Part shown: positions 1 to 9,034 of the stretch, in pieces
Layout of the letters: every line of letters starts with the position of its first letter
Position numbering within the stretch: position 1 is the first letter of the stretch
The notes under the pieces: model-generated
Database searches by the model: none
What the model saw: only the letters and a program-made list of their open reading frames with translations
Told to the model about the DNA's origin: nothing
Program-made: the position numbers and the translations under genes
NCBI GenBank assembly: GCA_009103225.1
Contig: RHPI01000810.1
Coordinates: forward strand, 977,080 to 1,041,079
Direction of reading: 5' to 3'
DNA: 64,000 nt
Source: Chlorokybus atmophyticus
Taxonomy: Eukaryota; Plantae; Mesostigma and Chlorokybus algae

Positions 1-603
1 AGCAACCTCAAGGGTACGAAGAGGGAGACACAGGCAAGGCATGCTTGGTACATAAGGCTTTGTATGGGCTTAGACAGGCACCATGTGTCTGGCACATTCG
101 ACTTAGCAAAGAGCTAGAAAAGATGGGCGTACAGCAGTCTGCAGCAGACTCTGGGCTCTTCATTAGTGAAGACGGACAAGTCTGGCTCCTCGTGTATGTT
201 GATGACATTATCCCGGCATCTGCGGATATTGCTGCAATAACCCGAATTAAGGTGACACTGCAATCTGCGTTCGAGATTCGCGACCTTGGAGATGCACACT
301 TGTTCCTCGACATAGTCATCACCAGGATCAAAGATGCACCATCAAGATCACACAGAAGCAGATGGTGCTGTACTTACTCAAGAAGTTCAAGGTACAGGAT
401 GCAAAGGGCAAGGCAACACCACTAAGTGTGGGAGTACAGTTACTTAAGGCACGGGACACTGCTTTGTACTTGACAAGACTGTCTACCCCTACGGTGAGCT
501 AGTAGGAAGTCTCATCTACTTGTCCATTGCTACAAGATCTGACATCGCGCAAGCCGTGGGAGTCTTGGCGAGGTACATGTCAGCACCCATTATCAAGCAC
601 TGG
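1..603 (+). pseudogene. pol: Ty1/copia reverse transcriptase fragment (family B), frameshifted
   Basis: Copia RT motifs [39 protein letters not shown]; reading frame broken near 350-430; continues at 3023 after an insertion. Confidence 0.9.
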
Positions 604-3022
604 ACTCACACACGAGTTATATGCGACACACAGCTCATGCCGGGGGGTTGTTAAATGTTATAGCTTGTTGAAAGTACATGTATAGGCGGCGCCTACATGT
701 AGTCGGTACGATCAGCTTAACCTTCATAGTTACGGGAGTTACGAGAGTTACGAGAGTTACGGGAGTTACGGCAGTTATGGTCAACCATGGTCAACTTTGA
801 CTTTGACCATTGACTTTGACCATTGACTAGTGTTGACTATTGTTGACTTTGACCAGAGTTGACTAGAGTTGACTAGTACTTAGTAGCATAGTATATAAGA
901 CACTGTATACTGCTTAATACAGTGGGTCGCACATTGTCTCTATAGTTGGCGTGCTTGCTGCACTTGTCCTTAGTGTGTGCACACTTGTATGTAGGAGGCA
1001 AATACACACACACTAGGCGCATCACTAGTTCTCAACACTCGAGAGTTGTGGGACACTTTTGTTGACGCCCTACGTGATGATTTTATCAATGAGCAACGGA
1101 AGGTACGTACACAATCTTGGGAATATATATATTTGTAATTTACATGATACTGCGTGCTTATGTCCATTATACATGTGCGCTATGTATCAGAGAGGAGAAC
1201 TTGCCATGCGCAATAATGGACGATGTGTTACATGCGGCACGTGATTTGCAAAAGCTCTGACGTGGTATTGACCGCAGAGCTTCACTCGACAAGTTTGATC
1301 TCGGCCATCTTATACCTGATGGATTTGATGACGAATGATCCGGTTGCACAAGGGTCGCTATGGGTCGATAGAGCGGGCATCGCGCTGGCCCCCCGTAGAT
1401 GCGGCCTGAGACTGCATAGGCGCGGTCTTGTAACTGGTATGCCCCGCACCGGATGCATAAGATCCAGAGTAGCGGGGGGTTTACTGGCCCCGCCCCTTGT
1501 TGGCAGTGTAGGCCACCTTCGCCTTGGGCTTGGGCTGCGCCGCAGCTGCCTCCTTGATTGCCTTCTTAAGGCGCTTTGCCTCTGCATCAACTGTAGTTAG
1601 AGGGTCTCTCGTGAGCTCCTCCACCATTTTCCAACTATGCTTGTTGGCCACTTCCACATGGTGGAACTGCGTGCACACCTCGCCCAATGCTGGTGCACAG
1701 AGCACATGTGAGCAACACTGGTTGCGGCCAATCATGCAGAGGCTCAGAGCCATTGGTTTTAATGCCAGGCGCACCCGCATTGACATCACCATCTCCCACA
1801 TGCAAATGTAATGGCAAACCTGTTGTGCTTTTTTCCTTGCTATGAATAGTCATAGTGTGAATACAAAGGTGGACATGCAAGGGTGTTAAGTGCGGGCCCT
1901 CCCCCCCCTACCGGACTCGGGGGGAGGAGGGATGCGGAACAATGTATGTATATAGATGCCTCTACGTAAATGATAAGCCCGCACCTTCATAAGGCCGATG
2001 ATGCACGCATGTGCATGTTCGCATGAGTAAAGTCCGCACCCTCATGCGTGTCCTATATGTGTGCTCGTGCAAAAGGCCATGCTCAACAAAGAGTGAGCCC
2101 ACCTTTCATGTTGTCTTTGCGGCCTTTGGCAAAGTGGGGATCCTCGAAGAGGTGAGAGGGCACACGGTCGAAGGAGGCCGCCGCCGAGGCAATGTAAGCC
2201 GCCACGTCGACGTGTTGCCGAGCCCGCTTTTTCATGTTCTCCTTCCAAGGGATCGCGGGATCGTCAAAGCGAGTGGCCAATGCCTCCGCACGAGAATGCG
2301 GTGTAGTGGAGTCGCCTTTGTCGCGGCGAAGGATGCTTACAAGTAGCGGGTGGTTGGGCTCAATGACGGGCTCATTATGAGGGATGACGGGCGCCTTCCC
2401 ACGCCTAAGACGCATGTTTTCCGCCTCCAACTCCTCCAACCTCCTCGCCATGGCCTCCGTGGGTGTTATGAACGGGGTGGAAGCGTTGGAGAGCGGGCTT
2501 GCCTCCCTCTTTTTACGCTTGTAAGTGACGACGGGCGGGTCCTCATCATCCTCGTCCTCATCATCATCACCATCACCCTCCTTGTTCACCTCCTCTTCTC
2601 CCACCTCCACGGGGGGGCGCACCCCGTCTCTCCTCACTCGCCGCTCTTCTTTCCTCCTCTTCACTCAAGGTGTGGCAACGCGGACTTGTAGCCCGCGCCA
2701 ACCTATTGGCGGCCAGCCTAGCCGCCTTGGCCGTGGCTTCCACGTCCTCTCCATCGCCATGGGCACTTCTTGACCGTGTGGTGGTCATAGAGGTCGACCG
2801 CCTATTCTTCCTCCTAACCACCCACGCCACCCTCGCCAAGGATGGCGCCGCCGCGCTAGGGTTTCAAGCGACTAGGTAAGGAGCTTGTGACTCACAACTC
2901 ACATCTGGTGAGTGCTTGTGCCCCCAAGTGCCCAAGGCACTAGGGGCACAAGAGTCTTATAACTCATTAACGAGTTCTTGAGTTCATGGGCGCGCATTTC
3001 ATGCGCTTCATGAACTCATATG
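604..3022 (-). mobile_element. TSD-less insertion splitting the copia RT; carries a decayed gag-like ORF (possibly DIRS/tyrosine-recombinase-type retroelement remnant)
   Basis: Removing 604-3022 rejoins CAC TGG|AAG GCG GCT AAA (HW|KAAKGV). Minus-strand ORF pieces at 2573-2839, 2083-2664 and 1481-1801; hairpin-rich right end. Class assignment is inference. Confidence 0.45.
649..1037 (+). repeat. Solo LTR, family A (389 bp)
   Basis: TGTTAAATG...TTCTCAACA; no PBS follows; flanks GGGGT/CTCGA do not match (no TSD). Confidence 0.95.
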
Positions 3023-3565
3023 AAGGCGGCTAAAGGAGTTTTTTGCTACCTTGGCAGCATTGTGAATAAGGGTATCATCTTTGGAAAGACGAAAGACATC
3101 ACATTACATGGCAACTGTGGTGCAGTCTATGCTGGAAACCTCGACACGAGAAAGTCTACCACAAGTTACACTTTTGTAATGGGAGGAGGCGTCGTTAGCT
3201 GGAACAGTCGACTACAACCAACTGTTGCTGCGTCCAGTACTGAGGCCAAGTACATGGCGGCTTCATCTGCGGCGAGGAAGGACTGTGGCTTCGCAAGTTT
3301 GATCACCGACCTTAGGCATGCAGCGAGCTGTGTCACCATTTTATGTGACAACCAAGGAGCACTCAAGCTGAGCATGCACCTCATCACATTTGCCAGGTCG
3401 AAGCATATTGACATTATGCACCCTTTGGTAAGCGAGAAAGTTGCACGTGGGGAAGTGGAGTTCAAGTACTGCAGCACTCAGGACATGCTCGCTGATTGCA
3501 TGACAAAACCACTACCACCAACCAAGTTTCATACATGCTGCATCGAGCTAGGAGTTGAAGGTTAA
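3023..3565 (+). pseudogene. pol: Ty1/copia RT C-terminus/RNase H (family B)
   Basis: KSTTSY..GGGVVSWNSRLQPTVAASSTEAKY, CDNQGA, RSKHIDI, MLADCMTKPL; followed by GCGTGGGAG and an LTR. Confidence 0.92.
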
Positions 3566-3581
3566 GTTGCTTGCGTGGGAG

Positions 3582-3897
3582 TGTTAAAGGTCTCTATGTA
3601 GGTGGCGCCGTAATTAAACTTCTACGATCAACTTATCTTCGGGAGTTATGGTCAACGATCGTTGTGGGAATTACGGGAGTTATAGTCAACCTTAGTCAAT
3701 GTTGACTTTGACCATTGACTTTGACTTTAACTAGTGTTGACTTTGACTAGAGTTGACTAGTGTTGACTAGTGTTGACTAGCACTCACTAGTGTGCTATAT
3801 AAGACACTGTCTGTTGTGTAATACAGTAAGATCCACTCTGCTCTATTGTCAGCGCCACACTTGTGCTTGTCGTTGTTGCTACTGTGCAATCTTAATA
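3582..3897 (+). repeat. 3' LTR of copia family B (316 bp)
   Basis: Starts TGTTAAAG right after the PPT-position motif; ends CTTAATA (CA mutated to TA); TATATAAGACACTGT shared with family A; near-identical copy at 12815-13130. Confidence 0.8.
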
Positions 3898-4087
3898 GTG
3901 CACTACAAAGCATCTACCAAAACTTACTTGTGAAGCGGGGATCATAATAGCTCACAATGCTTCGTGGTAGTCCGTGCGAACGAAAGACATGCTTCATAAC
4001 AAGCTTGCTGCCTCTGGTCCCGTGCCAAATCCAAAACACGGTGCTGAATGTACCACTTTGCTAATTTTGTTAGCAAATACGAGTATA
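3898..4087 (-). pseudogene. pol: Ty3/gypsy integrase core fragment
   Basis: Minus strand HVFRSHGLPRSIVSYYDPRFTSKFW; interrupted at 4088 by a family A element. Confidence 0.85.
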
Positions 4088-4485
4088 TGTTAAATGTTAT
4101 AGCTTGTTGAAAGTACATGTATAGGCGGCGCCTACATGTAGTCGGTACAATCAGCTTAACCTTCATAGTTACGGGAGTTACGAGAGTTACGAGAGTTACG
4201 GGAGTTACGAGAGTTACGAGAGTTATGGTCAACCATGGTCAACTTTGACTTTGACCGTTGACTTTGACCATTGACTAATGTTGACTAGTGTTGACTTTGA
4301 CCAGAGTTGACTAGAGTTGCCTAGTGCTTAGTAGCATAGTATATAAGACACTGTATACTGCTTAATACAGTGGGTCGCACATTGTCTCTATAGTTGGCGT
4401 GCTTGTTGCACTTGTCCTTAGTGTGTGCACACTTGTATGTAAGAGGCAAATACACACACACTAGGCGCATCACTAGTTCTCAACA

Positions 4486-4499
4486 GGTTATGGGCCCAC
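4486..4499 (+). promoter_or_regulatory. Primer-binding site for a 5' half of initiator tRNA-Met
   Basis: GGTTATGGGCCCAC abuts the LTR and is complementary to the tRNAiMet anticodon arm (GTGGGCCCATAACC); the same PBS follows every 5' LTR of the family. Confidence 0.9.
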
Positions 4500-4607
4500 A
4501 CTCGCTTGTGTGATCGCTTGTGCTAGTGAGAGAAAGTGTTGAGCATAGGCGCCTACTAGTAGAGTGTTCTTGGGGAGAGGGTGAGTTGTACTATTGTGTA
4601 GCAAGTA

Positions 4608-5393
4608 ATGGCTAACACTGATAGGATGCCCATCGAGTCCCTTGATCTGCACAACTACGCTTCATGGTCGCTGAAGATGAAGTTGGTGCTGATCCGCAAG
4701 AAGCTTTGGAGTTTTGTCGACCCCACCTCCTCCACATCATTGCGGCCAAGAACAGGTGACACTGGTACCTGGACAGAGAACTCACAATCAGCTTTTGCGC
4801 TGATAGGCTTGCACGTCAAAGACTTCCATCTCCCTCTTATTGCGGATTGCAAGACTGGACGTGAGGCGTGGGAGGTCTTCGACACCCTCTTCAAGGCCAA
4901 TAGCAACTCGCGCAAGTTGCAGCTGAGACGCAAGCTGACACTTCTGAAGATGGAGCACAAAGAGCCAATCCAGAAGTACATCTCGCGTGCAAGGGAGCTT
5001 TGGCAAGACCTTGCAGCAGTGGGCCACGATGTGAAGGAAGAGGAGGTGATGTGGGCAGTCTTAGCTGGCTTAGGAAAGAGCTTTGCTACGCTAGTGACTG
5101 TGTTGGAGTCCTCAGATGTGGTTTTGAAGTTTGCTGATGTAGTGCCTAAGCTGCTAGCTGTGGAAGGCAAGTTGGATGTTCAGGAGATAGAGAATGGTGG
5201 AGAACCTATCGCACTTTCTGCCTCATCTTCTCAACACACACGAAACAGGAGCAAAGCAGGTGGTGGGAAGCCATCACGTGACAAAGAGTGTCACTACTGC
5301 AAGATGAAGGGCCACTTCATTCGCGAGTGCCAGAAGAGGATCCACGATGAGGCAACCAAGGGAGAGCACGCCACGATGGCGATTGCTTTCTAG
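4608..5393 (+). CDS. gag: Copia Gag, 261 aa, intact (UBN2-type core plus CCHC zinc knuckle)
   Basis: NYASWSLKMKLVL, KLQLRRKL, CHYCKMKGHFIREC knuckle; open frame from ATG to TAG. Confidence 0.93.
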   Translation: MANTDRMPIESLDLHNYASWSLKMKLVLIRKKLWSFVDPTSSTSLRPRTGDTGTWTENSQSAFALIGLHVKDFHLPLIADCKTGREAWEVFDTLFKANSNSRKLQLRRKLTLLKMEHKEPIQKYISRARELWQDLAAVGHDVKEEEVMWAVLAGLGKSFATLVTVLESSDVVLKFADVVPKLLAVEGKLDVQEIENGGEPIALSASSSQHTRNRSKAGGGKPSRDKECHYCKMKGHFIRECQKRIHDEATKGEHATMAIAF

Positions 5394-6411
5394 CATTGGT
5401 GAGGACCTCAAGGAGTTGCAGTGGATGGTGTTCGTCCGTCCTCTCCCACTGCAAGGGCGCGTGAAGGACATGCGTAGACGGAGGTCGCAGACACAAAGGT
5501 CTGTGAGAGTTACTGCTAGCCTATGAGTAGTTACTGGTGTTGAGCTGCATACACTAGAGGTTGCATTGCTGTGAGGTTGTTTTTTGGTAGCACACAGGTG
5601 TGCGGTACTAGTTAGAACACTTCACTTGATTGGCATGCAAGGACTGAGTTGTATAGCTAGCTAACAGGAGATGGGAGGGGTGCTTCCTTGGTAGAAGGGT
5701 CTGATCAACCCTTGCACGGACTACACTCTGGTACAGCATTGCTAAGGTAGAGAACTCATTGTAGTTTATAGCATAGTTTGCCATCGAGGGAGTCCTCGAA
5801 ACCATCTGAGCAAGGTCAGGCGTGGCGTGGTGGAACCTGATGCGACAACTATGAGGAGGAAACAAGGAGTAATGGAACCTTGTAGTTCTGCTGGCAGCAC
5901 AAGGAGAAAGATAGTGTCATGGAGACAAGCATCGAGTCCGTGGGAGCAACAGATCCGTGGGAGTGTTCAATGGAGTAAGTTAATGTGGGTAAGCTTGCGA
6001 GAAGATCTTGGAGTTCAAGGTCAAGCTGCTCGCGTGGGAGTGTTAAATGTTATAGCTTGTTGAAAGTACATGTATAGGCGGCGCCTACATGTAGTCGGTA
6101 CGATCAGCTTAACCTTCATTGTTACGGGAGTTACGGGAGTTACGAGAGTTATGGACAACCATGGTCAACTTTGACTTTGACCATTGACTTTGACCATTGA
6201 CTAATGTTGACTAGTGTTGACTTTGACCAGAGTTGACTAGAGTTGACTAGTGCTTAGTAGCATAGTATATAAGACACTGTATACTGCTTAATACAGTGGG
6301 TCGCACATTGTCTCTATAGTTGGCGTGCTTGCTGCACTTGTCCTTAGTGTGTGCACACTTGTATGTACGAGGCAAATACACACACACTAGGCGCATCACT
6401 AGTTCTCAACA

Positions 6412-7189
6412 GTATAGCGTGGTACCCTTTTGTTGTTTTCGTTAACCCCGTCATATAGTCCATAGTAACTTGCTCCCTCTTGGACAATGGCACGGGAAGA
6501 GGTGGCAGCAACCCACCTGGCTTTTGGTTGCTTGCTTTCACCCTTTAACATGCGTCGCATGACGCCACATAATTGCGTACAATACAATGCATCTCTTACA
6601 AGTCAAGGCGTTGCTTCAAGCTTGCTAACGTCCTCTCCACTCCTTGGTGGACAGCAACGGGTACGTCATGAGCTTCCTTTGAAAGTTGAACGCGTATATG
6701 TGCAACATTGGGGATGTACAAGCGGCCATGATGCCAAGTAGGCTGTCTTGCTTTGTCTAATATCCACTTGTGTCGGTTGCTATGCTCTCTATGTCCCGCA
6801 ACACTCTCCTACCTTCTGTGTCTACGCAATGCACTTGTCGGATCAGCTCAGCCAACTCCGGTTGCACTTAATCGAGTGCTTTGATCGCACTCAATTGGCT
6901 TAGTGCGTCGGCCACACTATTAGATGTACCAAGCTTATACTTGATATTAACATATAAAAGTTGAAACGACCACCGCGTTGGTATTCGGCTAAGATGTGGT
7001 TATTTGTAAGTACCTCAATGGGGAATGGTCTTTCTCCAGCACGAACCTTTCCCCTCAAGAAAGCATCGCCATTGTCACAGCGCCATTACTTGCGCCAATA
7101 AGTCCTTCTCGTGCACAGGGTAGTTCAGCTCTGCTCTAATCCATTTTTGACTAATGCGCGCTACAAGTTGAAGACCCATGCCTTGGTCT
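6412..7189 (-). pseudogene. pol: Ty3/gypsy RNase H / integrase H2C2 fragment
   Basis: Minus strand ELNYPVHEKDLLA..W..FLEG, EAHDVP..HQGVERT, YVASCDAC, KASNQKPGGLLPPLPVP. Confidence 0.88.
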
Positions 7190-7691
7190 TGTTAAATGTT
7201 ATAGCTTGTTGAAAGTACATGTATAGGCGGCGCCTACATGTAGTCGGTACGATCAGCTTAACCTTCATAGTTACGGGAGTTACGAGAGTCACGAGAGTTA
7301 CGGCAGTTATGGTCAACCATGGTCAACTTTGACTTTGACCATTGACTTTGACCATTGACTAGTGTTGACTAGTGTTGACTTTGACCAGAGTTGACTAGAG
7401 TTGCCTAGTGCTTAGTAGCATAGTATATAAGACACTGTATACTGCTTAATACAGTGGGTCGCACATTGTCTCTATAGTTGGCGTGCTTGTTGCACTTGTC
7501 CTTAGTGTGTGCACACTTGTATGTAAGAGGCAAATACACACACACTAGGCGCATCACTAGTTCTCAACAGGTTATGGGCCCACACTCGCTTGTGTGATTG
7601 CTTGTGCTAGTGAGAGAAAGTGTTGAGCATAGGTGCCTACTAGTCGAGTATTCTTGGGGAGAGGGTGAGTTGTACTATTGTGTAGCAAGTA

Positions 7692-8480
7692 ATGGCTGAT
7701 ACAGATAGGATGCCCATCGAGTCCCTTGATCTGCACAACTACGCTTCATGGTCGCTGAAGATGAAGTTGGTGCTGATCCGCAAGAAGCTTTGGAGTTTTG
7801 TCGACCCCACCTCCTCCACATCATTGCGGCCAAGAACAGGTGACACTGGTACCTGGACAGAGAACTCACAATCAGCTTTTGCGCTGATAGGCTTGCACGT
7901 CAAAGACTTCCATCTCCCTCTTATTGCGGATTGCAAGACTGGACGTGAGGCGTGGGAGGTCTTCGACACCCTCTTCAAGGCCAATAGCAATGCGCGCAAG
8001 TTGCAGCTGAGACGCAAGCTGACACTTTTGAAGATGGAGCACAACGAGCCAATCCAGAAGTACATCTCGCGTGCAAGGGAGCTTTGGCAAGACCTTGCAG
8101 CAGTGGGCCACGACGTGAAGGAAGAGGAGGTGATGTGGGCAGTCTTGGCTGGCTTAGGAAAGAGCTTTGCTACGTTAGTGACTGTGTTAGAGTCCTCAGA
8201 TGTGGTTTTAAAGTTTGCTGATGTAGTGCCTAAGCTGCTAGCTGTGGAAGGCAAGTTTGATGTTCATGAGAATGGTGGAGAACCTATTGCACTTTCTGCC
8301 TCATCTTCTCAACACACACAAAGCAAGAGCAAAGCAGGTGGTGGGAAGCCATCACGTGACAAAGAGTGTCACTACTGCAAGATGAAAGGCCACTTTATTC
8401 GCGAGTGCCAGAAGAGGATCCACGATGAGGCAACCAAGGAGGAGCACGCCACGATGGCGATTGCTTTCCAGCATTGGTGA
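7692..8480 (+). CDS. gag: Copia Gag, 262 aa, intact (stop changed TAG>CAG, 3 extra residues)
   Basis: Near-identical to the 4608 gag. Confidence 0.9.
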   Translation: MADTDRMPIESLDLHNYASWSLKMKLVLIRKKLWSFVDPTSSTSLRPRTGDTGTWTENSQSAFALIGLHVKDFHLPLIADCKTGREAWEVFDTLFKANSNARKLQLRRKLTLLKMEHNEPIQKYISRARELWQDLAAVGHDVKEEEVMWAVLAGLGKSFATLVTVLESSDVVLKFADVVPKLLAVEGKFDVHENGGEPIALSASSSQHTQSKSKAGGGKPSRDKECHYCKMKGHFIRECQKRIHDEATKEEHATMAIAFQHW

Positions 8481-9034
8481 GGACCTCAAGGAGTTGTAGT
8501 GGATGGTGTTCGTCCGTCCTCTCCCATTGCAAGGGCGCGTGAAGGACATGCGCAGACGGAGGTCGCAGACACAAAGGTCTGTGAGAGTTGCTGCTAGCCT
8601 ATGAGTAGTTGCTGGTGTTGAGCTGCATACACTAGAGGTTGCATTGCTGTGGAGTTGTTTTTTGGTAGCACACAGGTGTGCGGTACTGGATAGAACACTT
8701 CAATTAATTGGCATGCAAGGACTGAGTTGTGTAGCTAGCTAACAGGAGATGGGAGGGGTGCTTTCCTTGGTAGAAGGGTCTGATCAACCCTTGCACGGCC
8801 TACACTCTGGTACAGCATTGCTAAGGTAGAGAACTCATTGTAGTTTATAGCATAGTTTGCCATCGAGGGAGTCCTCGAAACCATCTGAGCAAGGTCAGGC
8901 GTGGCGTGGTGGAACCTGATGCGACAACTATGAGGAGGAAACAAGGAGTAATGGAACCTTGTAGTTCTGCTGGCAGCACGAGGAGAAAGATGGTGTCATG
9001 GAGACAAGCATCGAGTCCGTGGGAGCAACAGATC

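Larger units (their letters stand above)
4088..6411 (+). mobile_element. Complete Gag-only copia LTR retroelement, family A (2324 bp)
   Basis: 5' LTR 4088-4485, PBS 4486-4499, gag 4608-5393, PPT-position motif 6031-6040, 3' LTR 6041-6411; TSD GTATA at 4083-4087 and 6412-6416. Confidence 0.97.

Noticed and set aside
4655-5170. 171-aa antisense ORF recurring in most family A copies, plus the recurring 62-79-aa ORFs
   Set aside because: Shadow frames of gag and the LTR; recurrence follows from near-identical copies; broken in the 16.2-kb copy; no motif
5391-5402. Gag stop TAG CAT TGG TGA as a programmed readthrough site
   Set aside because: Does not fit the CARYYA context, a second stop follows two sense codons later, and no intact pol lies downstream
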